A stretch of 64,000 nt of DNA. Source: a virus. The notes beneath the pieces were generated by a model. The model did no database searches, had not been told where the DNA came from, and saw nothing but the letters and a program-made list of their open reading frames with translations. Every line of letters starts with the position of its first letter. Position 1 is the stretch's first letter. The stretch is taken from positions 32,001 to 96,000 of the IMG/VR virus record IMGVR_UViG_3300017783_000003. The stretch is one strand, 5' to 3'. Shown in pieces: positions 21,689 through 29,849 of the stretch. The position numbers were made by a program, and so were the translations under genes.

Positions 21689-21913
21689 ATGTATATGTAT
21701 GAATCATTAAATTGTTTTGAAGAGGCACTTAAACACTTTGGAACCCGTGTTGAAATGATTACATGTATGGAGATGGCACGTAAGATCTCTTCTGAGGATG
21801 CATACCAAATGATCAAAGATGAACTGAAAGCAGTTAAAAAATGTCGTAAACATTTTAATATACAAAAAAAAGCAATCGAGTATTTGAGTTTTGAAGATGA
21901 TGATAATATATAA
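21689..21913 (+). CDS. Conserved cyanophage hypothetical protein
   Basis: MYESLNCFEEALKHFGTRVE...EDAYQMIK; ATTAAATA late-type site at 21668-21675. Confidence 0.7.
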   Translation: MYMYESLNCFEEALKHFGTRVEMITCMEMARKISSEDAYQMIKDELKAVKKCRKHFNIQKKAIEYLSFEDDDNI

Positions 21914-22151
21914 TAATTGGTTATGGTTCTGTGCTCTTGTACTTTTAGTATATGTGTTCGCAAGTGATCGAAATGTTTCCGACTACATAGTATTGAGAAT
22001 TAAATTAGTATCAATAAACATTAAAAGATATTGGTACATTATTCAATTTCATCCTAGCAATAAAATCTCTCGTTGGTTTTTTGAGAGGCGCTTACGTAAA
22101 TTAATTAAATCTTTTGATAATGAAATTCACCGATCTGATCTGGACAACTGA
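21891..22151 (+). CDS. Small membrane protein
   Basis: Hydrophobic N-terminus WLWFCALVLLVYVFA; true start probably a few codons in. Confidence 0.55.
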   Translation: MKMMIIYNNWLWFCALVLLVYVFASDRNVSDYIVLRIKLVSINIKRYWYIIQFHPSNKISRWFFERRLRKLIKSFDNEIHRSDLDN

Positions 22152-22749
22152 CAATGCACTGAGTGCTTCTTTTTGTAAGAAAACTATTAAAAAATTTGAA
22201 GAGCGTGTAGAAGACCAAAAACATGGTATTGTTGGTGGAGGATATGTTCCGAGTATAAAGAGATCTACAGACCTTCATATATCAGGAAACGATGCTTGGA
22301 CTATTGAAGATAAAGTGTTTTATGAATCTCTCAACAAACACTATGACATATACAGAAAACATGTAAACCATAGTGGTTTGTATGAAGAAATGGGGAGAAA
22401 TTGTAATGATGTTGGTTATCAATTACAAAAGACTGTTCCAGGAGAATATTATCATTGGCATCATGATTCAATTCCAGAATGGAATATACAAATTGAGACA
22501 CTATCAAATCGTATTGTAACTTTCATTTGGTATCTTAATGATGTTACTGATGATAATGGTGGTTACACTGAGTTTATTGATGGGACAAGAATACAACCAA
22601 AGCAGGGTAAAATGCTATTTTTTCCCTCTACTTGGAATTATGTGCATCGAGGAGTTTCTCCTGTTGATGAAATTAAGTATATTTGTACTGGATGGATGTA
22701 CACAGATTTTACTATTTTCTCTCAAAACCTCCAAGTAACGGGAGGTTAG
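22120..22749 (+). CDS. 2OG-Fe(II) oxygenase (prolyl 4-hydroxylase-like)
   Basis: YHWHHD, RIVTFIWYLND, GGYTEF, FPSTWNYVHRG, KYICTGW. Confidence 0.9.
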   Translation: MKFTDLIWTTDNALSASFCKKTIKKFEERVEDQKHGIVGGGYVPSIKRSTDLHISGNDAWTIEDKVFYESLNKHYDIYRKHVNHSGLYEEMGRNCNDVGYQLQKTVPGEYYHWHHDSIPEWNIQIETLSNRIVTFIWYLNDVTDDNGGYTEFIDGTRIQPKQGKMLFFPSTWNYVHRGVSPVDEIKYICTGWMYTDFTIFSQNLQVTGG

Positions 22750-22750
22750 C

Positions 22751-23134
22751 ATGGGAATGTTTGATATTGTACGTTCATCGTACAAATTGGGTAAAAAATT
22801 TGAAGGTGTCAATCAAACAAAAGATATTAGATGTGATGGTGGATCATTAATAGAACATTGGATTGATCCATCTGGTAAACTGTGGATGATTGATACTTCT
22901 GATACACAAGATTTTGTTCTTGATGAAGACAATCTGTTATATTATAGATGGGAACCAAATGGTAGACATGGTAGAGTTACACCACTATACATCACAGGAT
23001 CTGTTAAAATCTATCCAGAGAAATATTATGGTCCACCACAAGACCTTCCCACATGCACTATCAATTTTATTGGTGGCATTATAAAATCATTCAGTTTACA
23101 TCCAAAACACTATTATGAAATTCATTGGACTTAG
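22751..23134 (+). CDS. Conserved cyanophage hypothetical protein
   Basis: MGMFDIVRSSY...QTKDI...WIDPSGKLW; GGAGG Shine-Dalgarno. Confidence 0.7.
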   Translation: MGMFDIVRSSYKLGKKFEGVNQTKDIRCDGGSLIEHWIDPSGKLWMIDTSDTQDFVLDEDNLLYYRWEPNGRHGRVTPLYITGSVKIYPEKYYGPPQDLPTCTINFIGGIIKSFSLHPKHYYEIHWT

Positions 23135-24614
23135 ATTATGTGAGCATGACTCTAATGTTACTTACACTGATGGAGTAAAGGTAAGATATTATAAATTAGA
23201 ACGTGACTCACAAATCAAACACCATGGATATGATGATCTGACATCATGGAGTTATCTTATCAAACGATGGGACATTACACCATCTGAAGTGGATGCTATT
23301 GGTATTGTCATTGATGGTGATCAGTATCCAGATCTCAAGATTGATGAGTCTATTACTCATCAATATATTGATATACCTGATTTTGAAAGATTAGGGTTTG
23401 AATGTCCAGTGCATAGAATAGACCATCACATGGCACATGCTTTAAGTTTGTGGACAGAAGGTGAAGAAGCACATTTAGGCATGGTATTTGATGGGTTTGG
23501 TGATGACAATGCATCACACTCTATATTCTGGAATACTGATAGAAGAACAGTATATAATAATGATGATTGCATGAGTCTTGGACAGATCATGCCACATTAT
23601 GCAGGAAACTACATGAATATTGAAGGCAGTCCTTATGATCTTGCTGGTAAATTGATGGCATTGAAGGGATTCTCTAAGATATTAGATAATAATCATTTAC
23701 TTGGTCAATTAGAATGCTTATCAATTGAACATCTTAATCATGTATGGGGTGTGTATGGATTTGGAAGGATGTCATGGGAGCGTAAATGTGATTTCATTGG
23801 TTTATGGCATGAAGCAACTGAACGCATTTTTGCAAAATACTTTGCTTCGCAAGATGCATATACAATATCATTTAGTGGAGGTGTTGCACAGAATACATTA
23901 ATCAATACTGCCATTAAAGATGCATGTGCTCTTAGAAATAAAAGATTAATTGTACCACCACATAGTAGTGATGAAGGTCTTAGTCTTGGTATTGTAGAAT
24001 ATCTTAGACAACACCATGACCAGGAAGAGTTTGACCGCACTGGTTTCCCATTCTGGCAGGATGATGAGGTTCCAGACAGTGTGCCATCAGATAAAACTAT
24101 AAACGAAGTTGCACACATGCTTGCAAATGGTGCTATAGTTGGATGGTATCAAGGACATGGGGAGGTTGGATCAAGAGCACTAGGCAACCGTAGCATACTA
24201 ATGGATCCATCAATAAAAAATGGTAAAGACATTATAAACAAGAAAGTTAAGCATCGTGAGTGGTTTAGACCATTTGGTGCATCTATTCTTGAAGATGATG
24301 TTGATATCTATTTCAAATGGACGGATCCTTCGCCATATATGTTATATGTTGCTAATACAAGAGAACCTGATCGATTTCCATCTGTTGCACATATAGATGG
24401 GACATGTAGAATACAAACTGTTGATCAATCACATACACATTTTCATAGATTGATTGACAAATTTAAAACTATCACAGGAATGCCAATGTTATTGAACACA
24501 TCATTAAATAATAATGGTAAACCTATTGCAGGACACATTCAAGATGCTGTAAATCTATTACATACATCTGAATTAGATTGTGTAGTTGCTGGTAACGAGA
24601 TTATTAAACGATGA
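23115..24614 (+). CDS. Carbamoyltransferase (NodU/CmcH family)
   Basis: HDS, DHHMAHA, DGFGD, GKLMAL, SGGVAQN, RALGNRSIL, KHREWFRPFGAS, HIDGTCRIQT, LLNTSLN. Confidence 0.92.
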   Translation: MKFIGLRLCEHDSNVTYTDGVKVRYYKLERDSQIKHHGYDDLTSWSYLIKRWDITPSEVDAIGIVIDGDQYPDLKIDESITHQYIDIPDFERLGFECPVHRIDHHMAHALSLWTEGEEAHLGMVFDGFGDDNASHSIFWNTDRRTVYNNDDCMSLGQIMPHYAGNYMNIEGSPYDLAGKLMALKGFSKILDNNHLLGQLECLSIEHLNHVWGVYGFGRMSWERKCDFIGLWHEATERIFAKYFASQDAYTISFSGGVAQNTLINTAIKDACALRNKRLIVPPHSSDEGLSLGIVEYLRQHHDQEEFDRTGFPFWQDDEVPDSVPSDKTINEVAHMLANGAIVGWYQGHGEVGSRALGNRSILMDPSIKNGKDIINKKVKHREWFRPFGASILEDDVDIYFKWTDPSPYMLYVANTREPDRFPSVAHIDGTCRIQTVDQSHTHFHRLIDKFKTITGMPMLLNTSLNNNGKPIAGHIQDAVNLLHTSELDCVVAGNEIIKR

Positions 24615-24823
24615 ACAAAACCTTTATCACCACAGTACAACAGTATGGCAACACGGAAGACTACTTCATCGAAATCCCCGAAGAAATCACCAAAGAAAAC
24701 GGATGGGAAGAAGGTGACACGATCGATTGGAAAATCGAAAACAACACCATCATCATTACCAAAGTCAAAGAAACCGACACCAACACCAAGGAAGAGGAAG
24801 ACAACAAAGAAACAACCATTTAA
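24611..24823 (+). CDS. AbrB/SpoVT-like small DNA-binding protein
   Basis: YFIEIPEEI...GWEEGDTIDWKIENNTIIITK pattern; ATGA-coupled to the upstream gene. Confidence 0.6.
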   Translation: MNKTFITTVQQYGNTEDYFIEIPEEITKENGWEEGDTIDWKIENNTIIITKVKETDTNTKEEEDNKETTI

Positions 24824-25016
24824 GGTCATGAATAGTAGGAAGAAAGAACTCTTCCCATGGATAGAAACATTCCCATACTTCCTGCAAGATCTTACTGAGA
24901 ATAAAAAATGTTGGTTTACATGTGAAGAACATGCTGAGAAATATGTTGATAGATATAACTGTAAATATAAACTCTACAAATACACAGGAACATATATAAA
25001 AGAACCTGTGGTATGA
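24645..25016 (+). CDS. Basic K/T/S-rich hypothetical protein overlapping the AbrB-like gene
   Basis: C-terminal ETFPYFLQDLTENKKCWFTCEEHAEKYVDRY is protein-like; the start may be further downstream. Confidence 0.6.
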   Translation: MATRKTTSSKSPKKSPKKTDGKKVTRSIGKSKTTPSSLPKSKKPTPTPRKRKTTKKQPFKVMNSRKKELFPWIETFPYFLQDLTENKKCWFTCEEHAEKYVDRYNCKYKLYKYTGTYIKEPVV

Positions 25017-25020
25017 AATA

Positions 25021-25161
25021 ATGCAATACGAGGACTTACAAGACTACATTACATCACTTGAGGACAGGATTTATAGATTAGAGGAAGAGGATGTTGTCAC
25101 ATCTAATCTCTTGTATGAATTAGAAAATAGACTGACCATTTTAGAGAAGGATAATAAATAA
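25021..25161 (+). CDS. Small coiled-coil hypothetical protein (46 aa)
   Basis: MQYEDLQDYITSLEDRIYRLEEEDVVTSNLLYELENRL...; translated by hand. Confidence 0.6.
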   Translation: MQYEDLQDYITSLEDRIYRLEEEDVVTSNLLYELENRLTILEKDNK

Positions 25162-25188
25162 CGTTGTAATAGTTCATTTATATTAATT

Positions 25189-25317
25189 ATGAATACTTTT
25201 TTAACAATTATTGCCACTAGTGTTATTTCTGTAGGTGGTTGGGAAATTGCTCATGGAGCATTTCATCTAGATGGCATTAATATCCATTGTCACACAGATA
25301 TTTGTCATTCTCACTAA
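25189..25317 (+). CDS. Small His/Cys-rich membrane peptide (42 aa)
   Basis: MNTFLTIIATSVISVGGWEIAHGAFHLDGINIHCHTDICHSH; AATAAATA at 25153-25160 upstream. Confidence 0.55.
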   Translation: MNTFLTIIATSVISVGGWEIAHGAFHLDGINIHCHTDICHSH

Positions 25318-25322
25318 TTATA

Positions 25323-25379
25323 GACAGTTTAAGAACTGACACATGGGGGGCAGACGCCCTCCTTTTTTGTGTGTATATT
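25323..25379 (+). promoter_or_regulatory. Early promoter with palindromic element (copy 1)
   Basis: GACAGT-N6-ACTGACAC, then TATATT at 25374. Confidence 0.7.
25345..25368 (+). terminator. Intrinsic terminator overlapping the early promoter
   Basis: GGGGGGC-AGAC-GCCCTCC followed by T6. Confidence 0.55.
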
Positions 25380-25401
25380 ATCAATGTCTGCTATATACAT
25401 C

Positions 25402-25605
25402 ATGCAACTAACTTCCGATGAATGTGACTTCTTGATTGAACTTCTTCAACGTGCTCTCCCGAGTGACGTGGAAGAATGTGAGAAATTCTTTGAGGTTGAC
25501 GCCCTGGTTATTCAGGGTAAACTGTGGGACCAGTCTGAAGAACAGACTCGGTTCCGTTTTGATGATGTTTCTTTTGATGATGTCTGTGAAGTTCTCCACC
25601 GTTGA
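25402..25605 (+). CDS. Early hypothetical protein (MQLTSDECDF...)
   Basis: Start reassigned downstream of the promoter. Confidence 0.6.
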   Translation: MQLTSDECDFLIELLQRALPSDVEECEKFFEVDALVIQGKLWDQSEEQTRFRFDDVSFDDVCEVLHR

Positions 25606-25780
25606 CAACAAGGTTCTCACTCAACTTATTGAGAACCTTGACATTGCTATTAAAAAATGTTATGATGAGCCCCAGAACGATCCTGACTGCGGGTATGCTT
25701 ATGCCACTGGTTACGCTAGTTCATGTATGACAACCACTAAAGAAATTCTCTCTCATGTATTACACTCTCAAGCAACTTAA
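25577..25780 (+). CDS. Early hypothetical protein (..GYAYATGYASSCM..)
   Basis: Start reassigned to MMSVKFSTVD; GY.YA.GYS-type motif seen in cyanophage early genes. Confidence 0.6.
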   Translation: MMSVKFSTVDNKVLTQLIENLDIAIKKCYDEPQNDPDCGYAYATGYASSCMTTTKEILSHVLHSQAT

Positions 25781-26054
25781 AGAATTTGTAGACGATAGAT
25801 TACAATTATTTCCAGAGGAAAGTCCTATTGCAATCTATTACCTCTTGCCTGAAGACATTACTGCAAAACATCATATCACTGGTGAAACTATCAGTGTGAC
25901 TAATGAGCAGAAAAATCTTATGCTACAAAAGATTGGTAATATGGGAGAACCTGATCAAATTATCAGTCATGCTAAGTATGAAGAAATTGACAAGATTACA
26001 TCACTATTCCAAAGCACTTTAGTTGAAGAAGAACCCAACACCGATGATGATTAA
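25755..26054 (+). CDS. Hypothetical protein
   Basis: ORF track; tight packing. Confidence 0.55.
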   Translation: MYYTLKQLKEFVDDRLQLFPEESPIAIYYLLPEDITAKHHITGETISVTNEQKNLMLQKIGNMGEPDQIISHAKYEEIDKITSLFQSTLVEEEPNTDDD

Positions 26055-26298
26055 TCTAGACAGTCTAACACATGAGTTTAAGGAGCAACTTGCGGAAGAC
26101 TGTGAAGACTATCTTCTTCACAGACATATTCCGCTACACTCACACAGTTATGATAACATCATCCGTCAAGCATTTAAGGAAGGTTATCAAGTAGATCGCT
26201 TTGATCGGTTTGTTAACAAACCTTATGCTAAAGTTTCCGCTGCTTCAGATCAAAATGTAGCACTGACTGAACTTAGAGAAATGTTTGACGCTCTATGA
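26044..26298 (+). CDS. Hypothetical protein
   Basis: MMINLDSLTHEFKEQLAEDCEDYLLHRHIPL... Confidence 0.6.
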   Translation: MMINLDSLTHEFKEQLAEDCEDYLLHRHIPLHSHSYDNIIRQAFKEGYQVDRFDRFVNKPYAKVSAASDQNVALTELREMFDAL

Positions 26299-26313
26299 TT
26301 ACGGAATAATCAC

Positions 26314-26517
26314 ATGAACCACGGACCCCACTATCAAATCTTGCATCTACCCACAAATCAACCTATTAGATACAAGGGTGATATTGGGTTCAATTCTTGT
26401 GATGAAGCAAAGAGAGTGATGAATGAATTTCATAAGGAAGAGATTAACGGTAGATTGGAGACCAATGTAAGATATAATGATTGTCGCATAGTTGCAAGAC
26501 ACGGTTATCTATTCTAA
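26314..26517 (+). CDS. Hypothetical protein
   Basis: ORF track; ends at the next promoter element. Confidence 0.5.
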   Translation: MNHGPHYQILHLPTNQPIRYKGDIGFNSCDEAKRVMNEFHKEEINGRLETNVRYNDCRIVARHGYLF

Positions 26518-26573
26518 CCACTTGCTGAACTGTCCACTCAATCGCCATAGGGCATGAAAATGCTCTATATTAT
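26517..26573 (+). promoter_or_regulatory. Early promoter with palindromic element (copy 2)
   Basis: ACCACT-N6-ACTGTCCAC, then TATATT/TATTAT at 26566-26573. Confidence 0.7.
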
Positions 26574-26597
26574 ATTCATACCAAAGGGAACCACCCA

Positions 26598-27005
26598 ATG
26601 AACACCACACTCACCAATGAACTTGTGGAAGACTACACAGTCATGTTGTGTGATGCTCTCTACATGAACTTCAAAGAGTACCAGATCCGTGCTCACAAGC
26701 GTAGCATCGCTAATGACATCAACATGGACTATCATCAGTCCAAGATCGATTACATCATGGACAATGGTGCAGACATCGAATTCTATGTTAAGCGTGGTCG
26801 TCGTTACCTGAAGGTCATGATGAAGGATAGTGGTGGACATGGGTCTGTTCATGCCTTCATTGATCGTAGCAGTGGTAATGTGTTTAAACCCGCATCTATC
26901 AATGCACCAGCGAAAGGAATACGCTATAATATCCTTAAGGAAGGCGATCGTGAGTATCTCTACACTCATGCCGACTGGTCTGGTGGTTATCTGTATGTCA
27001 GATAA
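26598..27005 (+). CDS. Conserved phage early protein
   Basis: GRRYLKV...SVHAFID..G.VFKPAS..APAKGIRYN...ADWSGGYLY, a motif widespread in marine phages. Confidence 0.8.
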   Translation: MNTTLTNELVEDYTVMLCDALYMNFKEYQIRAHKRSIANDINMDYHQSKIDYIMDNGADIEFYVKRGRRYLKVMMKDSGGHGSVHAFIDRSSGNVFKPASINAPAKGIRYNILKEGDREYLYTHADWSGGYLYVR

Positions 27006-27040
27006 TCAACACATTTTCTACACAATTCACTGATTTTATC

Positions 27041-27229
27041 ATGCAATTTCAAAAGAAACCTTTCCCTCTTGGCACCAGCAATCCTTACATTGTACGTGGC
27101 ATCATTGGTTCTCATAAATGGGAACTAATCATTCGTGAATCACGTATTCGTATTGGCACTTATGCTAGTGAAAACGATGCTATTGATGTGCGTCGTATCA
27201 TGCTCCGTCGTGAAGGTTACGACGCATGA
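27041..27229 (+). CDS. Hypothetical protein
   Basis: ORF track; ATGA coupling to the next gene. Confidence 0.6.
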   Translation: MQFQKKPFPLGTSNPYIVRGIIGSHKWELIIRESRIRIGTYASENDAIDVRRIMLRREGYDA

Positions 27230-27366
27230 TTTGTGAAGTAAAACTGTACAAGGCAGGCAAAGTATTTGTCGAGACTGTACATGCAAGTAACTACCAAGAT
27301 GCAAGAGAAACTGCTCTTGCACGTAACCCTAATGCTAGTATTGTAGGTGTCACTGCTAAACTTTAA
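27226..27366 (+). CDS. Small conserved protein (46 aa, MICEVKLYKAGKVFVETVHASNYQDARETALARNPNA..)
   Basis: Translated by hand; family recognisable from cyanophages. Confidence 0.7.
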   Translation: MICEVKLYKAGKVFVETVHASNYQDARETALARNPNASIVGVTAKL

Positions 27367-27367
27367 C

Positions 27368-27529
27368 ATGGTAACCACACTCTCATACAATGAGTCAGAA
27401 TTTCTGATCTCTGCTATGCAACATCTATCCACAAAGAATGAGGCATTTCTACAACAGCAATGTGATGTAGACTCATCTAACCTGTACCAGAAACTACTCA
27501 ACATCATGGAGATTCAATGTGATGAATGA
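27368..27529 (+). CDS. Small hypothetical protein
   Basis: MVTTLSYNESEFLISAMQHL... Confidence 0.5.
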   Translation: MVTTLSYNESEFLISAMQHLSTKNEAFLQQQCDVDSSNLYQKLLNIMEIQCDE

Positions 27530-27656
27530 AGAACAACTGGACATCCTACAGCAGTATGAAGACGGAGACATTGATTGTCTCTTTGTCAAAGCAATCGAAG
27601 AAGAAGCAGCACGTCTTGAAGTAACAGTTGATTACTTCATGTACGAGTTTCTCTAA
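27522..27656 (+). CDS. Small conserved protein (44 aa, ..EEEAARLEVTVDYFMYEFL)
   Basis: Translated by hand; AA.LEVTVDY..EF motif typical of cyanophage early peptides. Confidence 0.65.
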   Translation: MNEEQLDILQQYEDGDIDCLFVKAIEEEAARLEVTVDYFMYEFL

Positions 27657-27683
27657 ATAAATCCATTCAGACACTGAACTATC

Positions 27684-27836
27684 ATGGTCGTATCAACGGA
27701 ACAAGCAAACTCTCTCATTCACGAAATGGAAGATCTAGTTAAATTTCTCCAAGATGAAAATGCAAGACTAAGAGTCGAGAATACGATCCTAAAGGATCAA
27801 GCGGACCTACCTGCGACTTTAGAATATGATTGTTGA
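27684..27836 (+). CDS. Small coiled-coil protein (50 aa)
   Basis: MVVSTEQANSLIHEMEDLVKFLQDENARLRVEN..; CTAAATA at 27653 upstream. Confidence 0.55.
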   Translation: MVVSTEQANSLIHEMEDLVKFLQDENARLRVENTILKDQADLPATLEYDC

Positions 27837-28083
27837 TGTAGTACATGATTTCGATAAACATCTCCAATCAGGACATGTTTATGAACTTAACATTGATTTG
27901 CCCATGAGTGACGGGGAGAGTGACACTTTCTATTCCGTCAACACATATGTTATTGCGTCATCACCCGAACAAGCACACTACATTGCTGCCTGTTTGTATC
28001 CAGACTCTCTCAGCATATGCTATGAAGAACAACCGATCACCGAGCGAAGATATGTATCCAGTCGGAGCACATGTGAAGATTAA
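27826..28083 (+). CDS. Hypothetical protein
   Basis: ORF track. Confidence 0.6.
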   Translation: MIVDVVHDFDKHLQSGHVYELNIDLPMSDGESDTFYSVNTYVIASSPEQAHYIAACLYPDSLSICYEEQPITERRYVSSRSTCED

Positions 28084-28225
28084 TGGTGTTCTTGGTCGTG
28101 TAGTCTTTTCTGATCCAGAATTACATACTATGTCTATCTGTATTCATGAACATCCTACTGACAGAAGCAAGAACACATGCCTTATCCATCAACCAGGACT
28201 CTCAAACGTTATTGAACCAGCATGA
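28052..28225 (+). CDS. Small hypothetical protein (MYPVGAHVKINGVLGRVVF..)
   Basis: Start reassigned within track ORF 27908..28225. Confidence 0.5.
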   Translation: MYPVGAHVKINGVLGRVVFSDPELHTMSICIHEHPTDRSKNTCLIHQPGLSNVIEPA

Positions 28226-28365
28226 CTTATCAAGAAGATCTCACTGTCGATTATTACAATGACGAAACACTTCGTCTCAAGATCCTACATGAAGCAGAGG
28301 AAATGATCTGCTACCAACCACAAGAAGATGAAGACCTGATTCAACTGCTTGACAATTTCGATTAA
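28222..28365 (+). CDS. Small acidic protein (47 aa)
   Basis: MTYQEDLTVDYYNDETLRLKIL..; ATGA coupling. Confidence 0.5.
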   Translation: MTYQEDLTVDYYNDETLRLKILHEAEEMICYQPQEDEDLIQLLDNFD

Positions 28366-28377
28366 CTCTGCTACAAT
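28349..28377 (+). promoter_or_regulatory. Host-like sigma70 promoter
   Basis: TTGACA-N17-TACAAT with TG extension; AGGAGG Shine-Dalgarno downstream. Confidence 0.8.
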
Positions 28378-28404
28378 CTGAAGACACCACTCTAGGAGGA
28401 ACCC

Positions 28405-28641
28405 ATGGTCTATGATGACTGTATGTACATTGTTGTAGGAAATATAGCGTTGGCGATAGACTACTCTGGTACAGCAATTTCTGCAGACATCATTCAAGAT
28501 GGTGACGTGGAATATGTTGACTGGGATGGTGCTGATCCTATTGATTGGATTGACCTACCACCAACACAATATGAATATTTTAAATCTTGTGTAGACTTCC
28601 TACAACAATTCTCTAACCAACCACAGGTATTCACTAAATGA
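28405..28641 (+). CDS. Hypothetical protein
   Basis: Strong AGGAGG Shine-Dalgarno. Confidence 0.7.
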   Translation: MVYDDCMYIVVGNIALAIDYSGTAISADIIQDGDVEYVDWDGADPIDWIDLPPTQYEYFKSCVDFLQQFSNQPQVFTK

Positions 28642-28856
28642 GACCATCCATTGTTGCCGATCACTTGAAAGAACTTATGGTTATTGTGGATGATAAACCA
28701 CAACCTAGAGAAGATCTCTCTACTAGAGAAAGAACTCTCTATTGGAGATATCATGGATATTTCCCTAATGAGTTTGCAAGAGCAGTTGCTGACATGATTG
28801 CTCCTAAGAAATTTATCTCTTATGATCATCTTCAGAATGTACTGACTTATGAATAG
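28638..28856 (+). CDS. Conserved cyanophage hypothetical protein
   Basis: KPQPREDLSTRE..YW..HGYFPNEFARA..YDHL.N motif; ATGA coupling. Confidence 0.65.
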   Translation: MRPSIVADHLKELMVIVDDKPQPREDLSTRERTLYWRYHGYFPNEFARAVADMIAPKKFISYDHLQNVLTYE

Positions 28857-29052
28857 TAAACAAACAAAAGAACAAGAGTCTGTTTCTAGACAGTCTGACC
28901 AAATCCTCCTATATTTCCAAGATCGTTTCCAAGAACTTATGGAAGATGATCGTATGGAAGATGCTATCGCCATTGGTGATGAATACTTAGAGTGGATTAA
29001 AGGTGATGATGATACTGTCTTCCTATATTACAATGAACACGAACTTAAATGA
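28849..29052 (+). CDS. Small acidic hypothetical protein
   Basis: ORF track; coupled starts and stops. Confidence 0.6.
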   Translation: MNSKQTKEQESVSRQSDQILLYFQDRFQELMEDDRMEDAIAIGDEYLEWIKGDDDTVFLYYNEHELK

Positions 29053-29639
29053 TTGACCTGTTTCCCACACCACTCTACATTGAACCAATTACAATAGAAG
29101 AAAACAATTGGGATAATATACGTATGGAGTCGTGTGGGAATGGTCTCACATCTGTTAGTCGAAACATTTTAAATATTCTCCCACTGTTAACTCAACAAGT
29201 ATACTATCATATAGATCAATACTTACAGTTGACAGGACATAAGACAAAAATTAATATTACATCATCATGGTTGAACTTTCATCGTTACATGGACTATGCT
29301 CAAACTCATTACCATTCTAACTCAATCATCTCTGGTGTGATATTCATTGTAATACCACCTAACAGTGGTAATTTCTGTATTCGTAAACCACACTCATTTA
29401 CCAAAGATTTCTCTATGGTAACTAAACTGAATACAACACATGATACATCATACAATACAGAAGAATTCATACTTAAACCAATGAATAATACCATTGCATT
29501 GTTTCCTTCTGTACTACAACATGATGTAACACCTAATTACACTGATCATACTCGAATTACCTTAGCATTTGACTGTGTACCAGCAGAATTATGCACATCA
29601 TATGGTAACTCACCATTAAACATCAGTTATTATTCTTAA
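29049..29639 (+). CDS. Putative 2OG-Fe(II) oxygenase (TIGR02466-like)
   Basis: LFPTP.Y, SWLN, HYHSNSIISGV, FPSVLQHDVTPN, RITLAFD. Confidence 0.85.
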   Translation: MIDLFPTPLYIEPITIEENNWDNIRMESCGNGLTSVSRNILNILPLLTQQVYYHIDQYLQLTGHKTKINITSSWLNFHRYMDYAQTHYHSNSIISGVIFIVIPPNSGNFCIRKPHSFTKDFSMVTKLNTTHDTSYNTEEFILKPMNNTIALFPSVLQHDVTPNYTDHTRITLAFDCVPAELCTSYGNSPLNISYYS

Positions 29640-29645
29640 GAATGT

Positions 29646-29757
29646 TTTTACACAGTTACTCAGTATACTCCGTAAAGGCACTCCGTAGTGACTGTAAGGG
29701 TTATTTGTGATACACTTTGAGGTTTTCAACAGGGTCTGTGGAAAAACCTGTGGAAAA
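29646..29757. promoter_or_regulatory. Cluster of DnaA-box-like 9-mers
   Basis: TTTTACACA 29646, TTTTCAACA 29723, TGTGGAAAA (=TTTTCCACA on minus) at 29737 and 29749. Confidence 0.5.
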
Positions 29758-29810
29758 CTAAATGTATTAAAAAACATAGGTAATGTATTGTAATGTACGG
29801 AGGTCTAGTT

Positions 29811-29839
29811 GCCTTAGCACGCCAGTCACCGAAAGTCAA
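29811..29839 (-). promoter_or_regulatory. Possible leftward sigma70 promoter
   Basis: Minus strand TTGACT-N17-TAAGGC with TG extension; the -10 is imperfect. Confidence 0.4.
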
Positions 29840-29849
29840 GGAGCAATAT

